From: Epithemia pelagica
Taxonomy: Eukaryota > Protista > Bacillariophyta
Reading direction: 5' to 3'
Length of the DNA: 64,000 nt
Assembly (NCBI GenBank): GCA_946965045.2
Contig: OX337238.1
Coordinates: 2,356,001 to 2,420,000, forward strand
Both the position numbers and the translations under genes were made by a program. The notes under the pieces were generated by a model. The model did no database searches. It was given only the letters and a program-made list of their open reading frames with translations, and was not told the origin of the DNA. Positions 47,785 through 59,245 of the stretch are shown in pieces. Within the stretch, counting starts at the first letter, position 1; each line of letters starts with the position of its first letter.

Positions 47785-49835
47785 ACACGTGTCAAGATCG
47801 TCCCAATGAAACCTCTTGGGAACTCTGGCGTCGAATGCTCACTGAGAAGGTTCTCTCTACTTCTGACCCCAATCCTTTAGCTCTGCAAATACCTCTCGGC
47901 CGATGGTTTGTCACTGGAACTAAAACGCAACGAAAATGGTCAGCTTATTACTGTCCAAATACAGCAAGATTGTTTATCCGAGAATCTCGCAACTACAGGA
48001 TCTTCAAGAATTTTGCCAATCACTTTGCTCCTACGACCTCTGTGACCCTTCTCATTCCGTCAATCTCTTTTCCTGTTTCGGTTAAGACACTACCCAATGG
48101 CTACAAGACCATCCTTCCGTACAAGTCATTTGTGGTGACTGCTCCGACTCCATTCCCTACCACTCTCACCACGTTCATTGAACAATTAACCCCTTGGGAA
48201 TCTCTTCTTCTCCGCCGATTCAAACTTTTGTGTTCACCTCAAGATCTTTCAACACATTTCTCCCAAGCTTTACCTATGTTTCTATGCAGCGATGGATCAG
48301 CACCATCTTTCCGAGGCTCGTTTGGAGGGCTTTGTTCCACTCCTGACGGACAACTTTTGTTTTCTATATCCGGTCCAGCACCTGGCTACCGTACCTCTTC
48401 CTTCAGAGCCGAGAGTTATGGCCTTCTAGCTCTACTTCGGTTTGTGGTTCAAATATGCAACTTCTATAGTATTGCGCTTCCGACAACTCTCCGATTTTAC
48501 ACCGACTCTCAAAGTTTGGTGGACACAAGCTATCTTCGACTCGAATGGACAGTCGAATATCCATATTCCACCATGTCCGTGGATTGGGACATCCAACAAT
48601 CCATCACATCCACAATCCGCGAATTCGAAACCCCACCTCTCCTTCTCCACGTTAAAAGGCCATCAAGACCGCTTCCAATCCATCGACTCCCTTTCCTTAC
48701 CCGCCCGATTAAACATCCAAGCCGATGCTCTTGCTGGCCAATATCAGTATCCCTCAGATGTTTCCTCTACCATATCCCCACTTATCACCAGCGCAACCGC
48801 CAATCTACAACGCCACACTGGCACGATTACCAACAACTACCGCCACACTTTGCGCCGTTTCGCGAGTACGCCTTTGATTTGTCAATTTATTAAGCAGAAA
48901 AACAATTGGACCCAAGACGACTTCGATTCTATCTGTTGGGAGATTCATGGCGCTGTACTTCGAGCGAACTTCCCCCACCGTCACTTTCTTACCAAGTTTA
49001 TTCACAATTGGCTTCCCCTTGGCGCTCTGAAACAGCACTATGCACAACCTTACCTATCTGACTGTCCGAATTGCACCCATATCCTTGAAGATCGGGTTCA
49101 CTTTCTACGATGCCCTCACCGTCTCAACTGGACAGGAGCTCTCTTCGATGCTCTTTATTCCTTCTGGACCGACCACAATTTCGATCCTCAGCTCCAACAA
49201 ATCTTCCAAGAATCCATCCTTCACTGGATTGCAGACTCAGACCCTGTTTTCCCGAGCATGCCCCTACCGTATACCCGTCTAATTACTCAACAAACCAAGA
49301 TCGGATGGCTTCAAATCTTCCTTGGTCGCTTCACTTGGGATTGGATTCAACTACAAGACGCCTATGTCAAGACTCAGTCGCTTCATCCCATAAAATTTTC
49401 TGGTCGTCGCCTTCTGTCAGGCACTATCAAAATTATGTGGCAACATCTCCATGATTTATGGTTACGACGCAATCTCGACTGCCATGGACATGACTCTGCG
49501 TCTCGCGAATCTGCCTCTCTAGCTCAAGCACAACGGGAAGTTGCTCATCTGTACACTCTTCGCTCTTCTCTTCCTCCTTCTGATCGATTCATGTTCTACG
49601 ACTCTCTTTCAACACACTTCCGCCAGGAACCACACTCATATCAACTCCAAACCTGGCTGAACACTTGGAGACCCTTTATCCTGTCCACGCATCCACCTGG
49701 CTGATCATTGTCGGCTAGCTCCTCCCGATTGTTAGTCCTCGCGTTAGGTAGCTACCTAATGCCCGGCGCGTCGGTCGGCGTTACTCTGCGGGCGGGGTGC
49801 GTGCGGCAGCGTTATAATAGATCTCCCTTTTTTTT
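47785..49835 (+). mobile_element. 5'-truncated non-LTR retrotransposon (LINE) 3' portion with RNase H and Cys/His knuckle
   Basis: RNase H motifs CSDGS, SSFRAESYG, FYTDSQS, HVK/GHQD, LNIQADALA, then FIHNWLP and CPNC..EDRVHFLRC; 1-nt frameshift in the A-run at ~48657; no RT domain present. Resembles diatom RNase H-bearing LINEs (Ambal-like; inference). Confidence 0.8.
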
Positions 49836-49994
49836 TGGTCTCATTTTTTCGATATTTTCAATTTTCGTCATTCGTCACTCTCGTCATTGCTGAGAATGGA
49901 ATCGGAGAAATACAATTTCAATACGACAGTTCATCAAGGTTTCATCATTCGACAGTAGAGAGGAGCTGTTCTCTCAGAAGCTACCTGTGCAATC

Positions 49995-51023
49995 ATGACT
50001 TCTGCTTCAACGGCAAACTCTGCCAGGACTCCTCCTACAACGACTGAGCTCCTGGTAGCCTTTGGTTGTTTTCATTTTATGTTTCTTCCCGTTGTGATTC
50101 TAGTCATTGTCGTGGGTTTCGGATTGTGGTATGCACCGACTCTGGTGTTCATGGGTGTGGTGGTGCCCTATTATTCCTGGATTTGGAGTCAGGGTCTGCA
50201 TCGAAAATCAGGGACACCTCTGTCAACACCCCACCGACAACACTTTTTGGAATGGATCTTTGCACCCCTGCGAAAACATTTGAATTTGACCCTCCATGCC
50301 GATCCTCAGCTATTGGCCATGGAACAAAAAGAACCCTCCAACAACAACATCAACGAGTCTCCGCAATACATTTTGGCCGTTTTCCCGCATGGCGTGCAAG
50401 CCGATTTTCGCGTCTTGGCCGATGGCCTGTTGCATCAAGTATTGCCCCAAACACACGGCAAGGTCCGAACCTTGGCTGCCTCAGTCTTGTTTGCCATCCC
50501 CTATGTTCGAGAAATGGTATTGGCCACAGGAGGCGTGGATGCCAATCGCAAAACGGCGCAACACTGTTTGCAACAAGGATTGACTTTGCAAATCTTGGTG
50601 GGTGGACAACAAGAACAATTACGAACCCAGCCTGGACAGGAAAAGGTGTATTTGCGTCGCAATCGACTCGGGTTTTGCAAATTGGCGCTTCGACATGGCG
50701 TTCCCTTGGTACCTGTCTATGTGTTTGGCAACAATGATCACTACCAGACGCAACCCTGGCTCTTGCCGTTGCAATTGTGGGTCTTGCAAACTTTGGGGAT
50801 TTCTCTCACCTTTGCATCCGGTTTGTGGGGATCTCCGGCCTGTCCACAACCCATTGCGACGACTCTGGTATTTGGACCACCCCTGGTTGTTCCACAGGTT
50901 GACGATCCCACTCCCAAACAAGTGGAAAAAGTCCATGAGGAATTTGTCCAGGCCTTGATTCGCCTCTTTGATCAACACAAGGAACGATTGGGTTATGGGG
51001 ATCGAACCTTGGAGATTATATAA
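49995..51023 (+). CDS. DGAT2: Diacylglycerol acyltransferase type 2 (DGAT2/MOGAT family)
   Basis: N-terminal TM segment, YILAVFPHGV (HPHG-box variant), GGQQEQL, RLGFCKLALRHGVPLVPVYVFG, FGPPL. Confidence 0.85.
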   Translation: MTSASTANSARTPPTTTELLVAFGCFHFMFLPVVILVIVVGFGLWYAPTLVFMGVVVPYYSWIWSQGLHRKSGTPLSTPHRQHFLEWIFAPLRKHLNLTLHADPQLLAMEQKEPSNNNINESPQYILAVFPHGVQADFRVLADGLLHQVLPQTHGKVRTLAASVLFAIPYVREMVLATGGVDANRKTAQHCLQQGLTLQILVGGQQEQLRTQPGQEKVYLRRNRLGFCKLALRHGVPLVPVYVFGNNDHYQTQPWLLPLQLWVLQTLGISLTFASGLWGSPACPQPIATTLVFGPPLVVPQVDDPTPKQVEKVHEEFVQALIRLFDQHKERLGYGDRTLEII

Positions 51024-51224
51024 AACGCTTCAAACAGAAAACTTGCGCGCTTGTGTTGATTGCTGGAAACGCATGGCAATCCGAAAGAAGGGTTTTGATT
51101 TTTGTGGTAATAATCCTATTACTAAGCATTGTATGGGGGAACCGACTCTACATGATTTACCATATCACTACCCCATTCTTAAAAATACCATGACTGATCC
51201 GATTCAACAAAGCCTATGTTGGTG

Positions 51225-51560
51225 AATCTTCCCCATTAGTAACAATCCGAGCAAAAAGAAAGCTCCATTTTTTTGCAGAATCCCCGTTTGACCGACTCGG
51301 TGAAAGATCGATATGTTGTTGCATCTTCCCCATTAGTAACAATCAAAGCCCCATTTCTTTTGCAGAGCCCCCCTTCGACTGACTTGGTGAACGATCGATA
51401 TGTTGTTGCATCTTCCCCATTAGACACAATCCGAGCATAAAGAGAACGCCCCATTTCTTTTTACGCGCTATCCCCAAATGACGCGACGCAGAACACTACA
51501 TGGTCTCCTCTGTTGGTGCATCTTCCCCGCTTTTGACCATGCGAGCAAACAAGAGAACCA
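51225..51560 (-). repeat. Degenerate ~90-110 bp tandem repeats derived from the 3' end of the 51496-52317 ORF
   Basis: Four units containing TGCTCG(C/G)AT(G/T)GT...GGGGAAGAT(G/T)CA. Confidence 0.7.
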
Positions 51561-52317
51561 GGAAGCTCACGACAAACATGCCATGAAACCAAAACGAGGC
51601 ATGGGAGGACGGCGATGTGTCCACCACAAGAGGTTGCCTGTTTCGCTGTGGTGACCGTTTTGGACTGTTTCCATTTCGGTCTAAACCTTGAAACACAATG
51701 TCCGGGACAATCACCACCTGCTCTTCGGAATCGGATGAGTCGTCATCATTGTGATTCATGTTATTGTTCTTGCACCAATAAGGATGTTGTTTGTACTGAG
51801 GGGCGGAGACCAGAATTTGTTGAAACGGCGCCGACTGCTCGCGGGGATACACTTGAAGTGTTTTGAGAGAAATGTGCAAAGGAACTGGTAGACTTTGAAC
51901 CACCAGCACATTGGTTGGAAGGATTATGGGTGTCCAAATGGTTTGCGTCGGCGACTCCACGTTGCAAAGGCGCACGTTCAGGGGCTCTGCCAACATGCCC
52001 AGGACACGGCACGACTTGTTGTCGCCACCACCCACGCCGACGAGACGAGAACAGGGCCGTGTGGGTGCTGTTAGCATGGACCGTACCAGTTGTTTTTGGT
52101 TTCCCAAAAGTGTCAGCAAAAAGTTCAAGTCAATGAAATGGCGAGTTTCCGAGCTGGCAGTGCCCATGTCGTTGGAGGCATAAATGGTAATATCCTTGGT
52201 TTCGTGAAAGTGGTCACGGTTCTGGCTGTTGAGGCCATCAAGGGCAACTCGGACTTGAACCGAACAACACAAGTTGGGATAAAACAAGGCCTTGGATTGG
52301 GAATTGCTTCTCGGCAT
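51496..52317 (-). CDS. Hypothetical protein with C-terminal transmembrane segment (5' end uncertain)
   Basis: 273-aa ORF ending FWFHGMFVVSFLVLLFARMV; no family recognised; upstream exons possible. Confidence 0.45.
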   Translation of the reverse strand: MPRSNSQSKALFYPNLCCSVQVRVALDGLNSQNRDHFHETKDITIYASNDMGTASSETRHFIDLNFLLTLLGNQKQLVRSMLTAPTRPCSRLVGVGGGDNKSCRVLGMLAEPLNVRLCNVESPTQTIWTPIILPTNVLVVQSLPVPLHISLKTLQVYPREQSAPFQQILVSAPQYKQHPYWCKNNNMNHNDDDSSDSEEQVVIVPDIVFQGLDRNGNSPKRSPQRNRQPLVVDTSPSSHASFWFHGMFVVSFLVLLFARMVKSGEDAPTEETM

Positions 52318-53137
52318 GACTATCCTGTATCTTTAGGCTACTTGAGGTGATGAATGAACAGTCAAGAGCACAATGATCAGGTGAGGAAGCTGGATATCGA
52401 AAATACAAGTTTGTGGCTGAAAGCGAGCTCGTTTCATGGTCGAAGAGACTTACCTGCACGGATCTCAAAAAGTCGACTGTCGAAGAATGCGAAAACAAAA
52501 GTCGATGACCTTTGTTGGATTTTGGATGCAAAAAGTCATCTACGTGGAGCAACTGCATCCCCAGGCCTTTTCCAAGTTCCGAGATGATTTTCAGCACTTT
52601 CACGGCCATTCGTAAGAGGTGTTGAAGTGATTGATTCTCTCTCGAGGTCTGTTTGGAGGAAGTTCATCAAATCGGCGACCATCGTTCGCAACAGATGGTT
52701 ATGGTATCTGAGACAAAAGGTTTGTCGACGGGCGATATTTAGTGTTATTTAGGCCTTGCGTGACTGCTCCGCCGGTGGGGGATTCAATGCAATCTATGCC
52801 CACCGTGACTGAGTGGATTCGGGGGATTATTGGGCGTGGCGCACACAAACATGTTGGGCCTTGTGGGGTCGATCGTGGTACCATGTAGGAGTAGCAAGCA
52901 TAGCATACACCATATGAGTACTCCTCTAGAGGTTTAACTCTTGCCGGCACCTATTTGAAAAGACCATACAATGCATGATGATACTGGACATTCGTAGTTC
53001 AAATGCGGATCACAGAAAAGCTTCCTAATACTGAACTATCTTACTGGCAATTACCATTTACCAAAGTTGAGTGTTCTGGGCTGTTCCATCGGCTGTGTAG
53101 TGTTTTCGTTCCCATGCTACCTCCCTGTGTCATTGTT

Positions 53138-55081
53138 TTACGCAACCTTGCTCGGTTCTTTCTCGCTTTGGGTTTCGAGTATCTGTTCTAGTTTCGATAA
53201 GCGGTCGTTCAGTTTAGCCAGGGCTTCTACCACGAGCTCATCCGTCTTTGGTTCCGAGGAATCTTTTTTCTCAACTGCTTTCGCAACAGATGCCATGAGC
53301 GTCTCCAGTCGCTCCATGCGTTGATCCAAGGATGCCAACGCATCCCACTGGTTCACAGGTGCAGATTCCATGCCAGCACTTGGTGGTAAAGAATCTTCTA
53401 AGAAACCCCCATGTGTACGACGTTTCCAGGGTCGAACATCTTCTTCTGGCCTTCTGTCGGTGTAAGCGACAAAGTAATTGTTTGGATTGGAACCTCCGCT
53501 GTTGACAGGGGAAGGCATGGTCCGTTCTTGATTTCGGAATGAAGGAGAAAGCATGACCTGTTCCTGACGGTTGAACACAGGGATGGGCATGGGCTGTTCC
53601 GGACGGTTGACTGCGGGCTTCTTGTCGTCTTGCTTCTTCGCACTGCCATGGGCTAAGCGACTGGTCAGGTAGTTGATTTCACGTGCAATAGGGATTCGGT
53701 TCTTGAGACTTTTCTCATTGGTCAACGAAAGCTCCAGTTGGTCCATTTGATGCTGAATGTCTTGCTTGGACCAAAACTTTTTGTCCTTACAAAGAGACTT
53801 CAAAACTGGAAGAATCTCTTCTGCCGCAGCACCTTCTTGCAACAAGTCCAGATTCGTGCAATTTCCCTTGGCATTTTCAACAACGGATGAGAGTCTTTCA
53901 ATCTCTGCGTCAAGCTCGGCCCGAGAGGGAAACATATTCTGAAGAGTTGAATCGAACGAAACGAATTTTGTGAACAGCGGTGAGAGTCGCGAAAACACAG
54001 CCACCAATGACACATTCTTTCACACATGAAAATCTACCTTGAGTTGTTGTTCCTGTGAGACCAAGGATATGGCTTCACATGTATCCACCAATCGACCACC
54101 AATGACGACCAATCCCTGAGAGATGGATACCATCCGACATCCATCTCGTGCTACTTTCATGTGAGGAAGATTCCACGAGGTATTCTGCACCGTGTCCAAC
54201 ACTTCGGCCGAGCTTGAACCAGAAGATCGAGTGTACCCTCCAGCCACAACCATACAGGATCCGACCGAAGCAACTCCATGATGATATTTGGGGACGGCAA
54301 GAGCGAGTTCGTTCATCATTGTCCACGGCGATGAAAATTGAGGTGCTTCGTCTTCTTTCAAGGAGCTATTGAAATCCAAATACTCGATGGAGGTAGAACC
54401 CATTCCACTTCCAGTATATCCACCAATGACATGGATACGATTTCCAATGGTAGAAACTCCGGCATAGGCTCGAGCAATGTTCAAAGGAGGTCCTGGAAGG
54501 ACCGTTTCTTCGACCGTGTCAATAATGTCCACTGCCGACAAATATCGCCCGTTCATCCCACCTGCAACAACAATATACCGATTGTCAACAACTTGCGCGA
54601 CGCATCCCATGCGGGCACTGGACAATGAACAGTCGACCAATGTGGTCCATTGGCTTGTTGTTGTCCCTCCGGTGGAGTTGGTGTCTAGCAAGTCGGCAAT
54701 ATCAATTTTCTCAATAGACTTCAAGTGTGAAAAGCCATTGTGGCCTCCAATCGCATACACACTGCCATTGCAAACCACTGCCGCATGCAAACTTCTCCGT
54801 TCATTCATGCTGGGTGCTGGACGCCATGCCCTGTATGCCTCATGCGTATTCAACAGAAGAACCTTATTCGAATATCCATCCACTCTGTTTCCTCCCAAAA
54901 CAACTATATGCTCTTCTTCTACACTTTCCGAGTCATCGAGGACAACCGCCGCATGATTACAACGCCATCCACCCAGGAGAGGAGGCCATTCCTGGACACG
55001 CCACTGAGGGGTAGGAGCCCGATCTCGGTCCGCAAACAAAAGTCCAGAAGTGCTTGCCTGAACTTGAATATTAAATGCCAT
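53138..55081 (-). CDS. Kelch + helical-hairpin + coiled-coil protein K8; intron 53939-54037; lacks the large helical domain
   Basis: Kelch ORF 54020-55168 is joined by a 99-bp phase-0 GT-AG intron (QLK|NMFPSRAEL) to ORF 53138-54013. The homologous start MAFNIQVQASTSGLLF is at 55081; an in-frame upstream ATG exists at 55168. Confidence 0.85.
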
Positions 55082-55164
55082 GGAAGTCCCAGGAAATGAC
55101 AATGACACTATCACAAAGTACATAATCCTCCTTACGGAAGACATCGTCAAGAAGAATGCCATGG

Positions 55165-55902
55165 TCAAACAGAAGTATTAGGTAGGTCTGATGTTTGATG
55201 TTGGCACGAAAAAAGTTGTGCAACCATCACATCCACCCAACAAAAATCCCAGGGTACGTGTCCATCAAACTTCAAACTCTCTCCATGACGTGGATGAAGA
55301 ATGAAAACGTCGAAGTTTCCAATGCTCCAAAAATACTCCCAAGCGTGACATCTGGTCGTCTCTAGATCGCTCATTCGCCCCTCTCCCAAAAATCCCAAAA
55401 TGTTCTACAAGATACAATACAATGGCTTTTATGAATGGCACTGCGATGGCGCAAGTATTATAGTTCACCCTACGAAGCGAAAGGAATATCCTGACGAGTT
55501 CCACCGCATACCTGGAGGAGGAAGAATCGCAGGGATAGCTATTAGCTATGGGAATGGGACATTTACAATAGATTTCATAGAAGTAGCCAACAGCGAGATC
55601 TGGGATGACAAATGCAATTTGTCATCCCCCGTCGCTTTGTGTTCTGGGTAAGATTTTCGTGAGCCAACACACCCCAAATTCGGAATCGGGAGAAATGAAT
55701 CGCCAGGTAACACGCTTAGCATCGATATCTTTAGGTTCTCTTGTTTCAGTTGAAGAATCTCTCGTTTTCGTCGCAGAATCTCTTGTTCATATTGCTGCTT
55801 CAGTTGTCGAATCTCTTGTTCATATTGTTGCTTCTCTTCTTCAAGTTGCAGTTCATATTCGTCCGTCGTCTTTGTTTTCTTTCGAGCTGGAGACTCCTCC
55901 AT
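55165..55902 (-). pseudogene. Degenerate Crinkler-type gene: basic motif + coiled-coil leader, then decayed REase-like remnant
   Basis: MEESPARKKTKTTDEY...KQQYEQEIRQLKQQYEQEI leader resembles MDSHQKEEKEPANKKFRTDDTEY at 57513; the downstream frame is broken. REase assignment is tentative. Confidence 0.45.
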
Positions 55903-56274
55903 GGTTACGAATGAACGGAACTGGGTTCGTCTTGTAGTTCTAGCAGGACATAGAATCCATGAAACCTCGAGGCAAGGGCCTACCGTGGAGTCACAGCAAC
56001 AACCGGAGACTGGAGGACACTCTTCTCCATTTCTGAAAGAGTCGTACTGACTGTGCGTGGCGAGTGTTCTCCTGAAAACTTGAGAATTTGAGTGTTCTCC
56101 TGAAAACTTGAGAATTTTCGTGGGAGGGCGAGTCGGGCGAGTTGTCGGCCGGACAGAGAGTCTCAGTCGTTTTGTGACTTTCTCAATTCTCAGTGTGTAA
56201 TAGAGAGTAGAGAGTGCAGAACACATACACATGGCATCAAATTTGGTGAATGCTTTGATGAACGCGCGCATTGA

Positions 56275-57367
56275 ACTCACCCCAAGCAGGGGCGAGAATC
56301 TGGTCGCACAAAAAAAAGAATCCCCCAAGGCGCGACGGAAAGTCCCCGAGGTTGATACAAAACTCCAACACCACACATACATTCATCGCGGTGGTGGAGG
56401 TGCAGTGGTTGGATATCAAGTCTATAATGTCGTCGTCTTCCCACCGACGACATCGATTATGTCAAACGGCTGTCAGGGAGCATCCGGTAACCGTAGTGCC
56501 TCGGCGCCACCTTCCACAACGCGCAATCAAGATGATAATGGAAGCATCGCCACAAGCCTGGCAATGCATTTCTCCCAACAAGGCAATGCTTCATCCATCC
56601 CCAATAATGCTCCGGTTGCTAGTTGCTACACTAAACTCCAACAGTATGCGCAGAAAGAATAAAAAATGGCAAACAGTTTCTATACTTTCATCCTTGTCAT
56701 TATCTAGGTAGGCAACGAAACAAGCAGAGCAATGAAAGCCAACAATAGGAAGGGAGCCTTGGACCCACAGACCCACACAAATGTCACGAAGGAGTAAACC
56801 ATGCCTTTCATTGTCATGGCACTTGTGCTCGGCTCGAATGTGTCGGTGCAACAACATGACAGGGACGGGCCGAGGCAAAAATGACACACCAAGAGCACAC
56901 TCAGAGCTTCTCGCTATACTGCCTCTTGAAGGGAGCGAAGGGATGTGCTGTTGCCCGGGGCATCGGTTCCATCGGAAAGGGATTTGGGAGAGGTTCCAGG
57001 GGACAAAAGAGGTTGATGATGGGTGATGTCGGTCACAATTTGCCTTTGGTCTGTTGCGGTGGACGTGTTGCTTATAACACGGTGAAGCGGAGATACGACA
57101 GGACCGTTCGGAGGCAAATACAACACGGTAGCACCTTGTTGAATATAAGGATAGGTAAATGAAACAACTCGGAGGGTTTTACAACGCCAAGAAGGGGTGC
57201 ACCAGATCTCACAAGTTTGGCTCCGTGTTGAATGTGTTGAGGTTCGATGGCTTTTGTATCAACCTCGGGAAATCGCTGATTTTGGACGTCGCGCCTTGGG
57301 GGTGAGAAGGAGAATCACGAAAATGACCGACGGACAGACTGCAAAATTCTCACCCCCGCTGGGGGGT
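56275..57367. repeat. Inverted pair of conserved motif blocks upstream of the two divergent Crinkler-type genes
   Basis: TTTTGTATCAACCTCGGG, CGTCGCGCCTTGGGGG and ATTCTC(G/A)CCCC(T/-)GCT occur at 57252-57367 (+) and 56275-56362 (-) in the same order. Confidence 0.8.
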
Positions 57368-57512
57368 AATTGAACTCAGTTTGCAGCGCGCAGGCTACAG
57401 CGATGCACGCAAACACACTCTCACTGCCGCAAAACACGCTCCAATCCCAGCACTGAACTAATAACAGAGTTTCATAAGGAGGAATACCATAGTACCGTGC
57501 ACTCCAGCAACC

Positions 57513-59245
57513 ATGGATTCGCACCAGAAAGAGGAAAAAGAACCGGCGAACAAGAAATTCCGGACAGACGACACCGAGTACCTCCGTTCAAGAGTGTGGG
57601 AATTGGAACAAGCGCTTGCTGCAAGCCGAAAAGAAGCACGTCTTGCAAAAGAAGCACGTCTTGCAAAAGAAGCACGTCTTGCAAAAGAAGCCTTAGCTGC
57701 AAAAAAGGAAGAAACTTACAGATTCTCCCTGCGGCGACTGATTGAAGAGCCGCCGACAATGAAGCTGGAAAACATGGGATACGCCACGTCTCATACGAGC
57801 AAAACAAAGCATGACGTCAAAGAGTTTGACAGGGTTCAGCTAAGCTGCACGATGATAGATTTGGCACGCCTTCTCAGTTGCTCCAGAAATTTGGGTTGCA
57901 AAGGCAAGGCGCCACAACAACCACAGCAGTCGAAACGAAAACCTACGTGAGTGAAAGAGACGTCTCCAGCTATATCTTGTCGGCAGTGGAAGACGTAATG
58001 GATCTTGTGATGGTGGAAACGAACCGAACGTTCAATGATCACTATGAGTATAGTCTGTTCTCCGATCGGACCGATCACCTTGTTCTTTGTGACAAGGAAA
58101 CACGCGACCCTATTTTGGCAGTCATGTTTAAGAGACCTTGGGATCACGAGGCGAATCCAGAGAACATATCCGATTCAGTTCGTGGTCAAGTTTTTGACTA
58201 CATCATGGAACAAAAGGCTTATGGGAATCCCGCCCCCTTTGTGGTCCTGTCCACGTTTGAAAAATCATGGTTGTTTTGGCTAAAGGACAGACGAAGCGAT
58301 GAGTTGGCAGCGCCAGAAAACAAAATGAATGAGGTCGAGAAGAAGTATCCCAAAATAGCCTCTCCCAACCAGTCTGCTCAACCAGCCAAGAAGACCTCGT
58401 CGCCTCCAGACCCCCAAAACGAAGGAAGTTTAGACAGCAACTGCACATTGCAGCATTCTACCTTTCAAAGAGGACAGAATCGGGACAACATGCAGAAATC
58501 ACCAGCATATAACTCCGGCCAGCTCGTGCCGCTTCTTTATACGGCAATACTCTGTAGCCTTGCCAGGAACCCGGTGGCTGGAAATAAAACCATTTTCAAC
58601 TTGGAGAAAGGACATGAGGGACTCGCTATCAAGTTCGATCCAGAAACCTATGAGTGGGGTGACGCCAACATTGTTGCAGACAACCCTGTGTATTCCTTTT
58701 CAGGCACAAGTCAATCCCAACCATTCCTTGACGGGACCTATTTTGCCATTCAAAGATTTGAGCGGGGAAGTACATCCAAAGTGTTTTACGCTTATGACAA
58801 TCGTGGACATCCCTGCGTCATCAAAATGTACGTCAAACAAGGGCGAGAGGACAACGAGTTCATGGAGGAGGGGAAGCAGGCTTGCCAGCTGGAAGTCGAG
58901 CGATTGAAGGCGTTCTACCCTTTCCTAGAAAAGAAAGTTCGTTACGCAGTATTGAAGGAGTTTCCTTGTGTGATCATGCCTTTCTTTGCTCCTTTGACCA
59001 AAGAGGATCGTAAAAAGCTGAAAGATGGGGGATACGAAGAACTCAAAAATTGCCTCTTGGCTTTCGAGGACGATGAGGGCAAGAAATGGAAATACGATGA
59101 GGATGACCTTCGTTGGCGCCACGTCGGGTATTTTGGACAAGGGAAAGACAGAAAGTTGGTAATGTTTGATCTGGTCGACTTGGAAGAAGTGAACGGGGAC
59201 TTTGATGGTTGTGTGCAGACTCAAGTGAATCATCTTGTCAATTGA
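57513..59245 (+). CDS. Crinkler-type coiled-coil + REase-like + atypical protein kinase-like protein; frameshift or 44-nt intron at 57834-57877
   Basis: EARLAK x3 coiled coil; YVSERDV..EYSLFSDRTDHLVL..PILAVMFKRPW (REase-like); RGSTSKVFYA..CVIKMY, EVERLKAFYP, VIMPFFAP, DDLRWRHVG, VMFDL (kinase-like). Confidence 0.6.

Noticed and set aside
43672-51023. Lipid biosynthetic gene cluster (hydroxylase, DGAT2, plus lipase at window start)
   Set aside because: Only one hydroxylase is intact, the genes are separated by a LINE and unrelated genes, and there is no sequence evidence of co-regulation.
56231-56711. Overlapping 143-aa and 146-aa ORFs between the divergent Crinkler-type genes
   Set aside because: They run across the conserved non-coding motif blocks, have no domain signal and are likely spurious.
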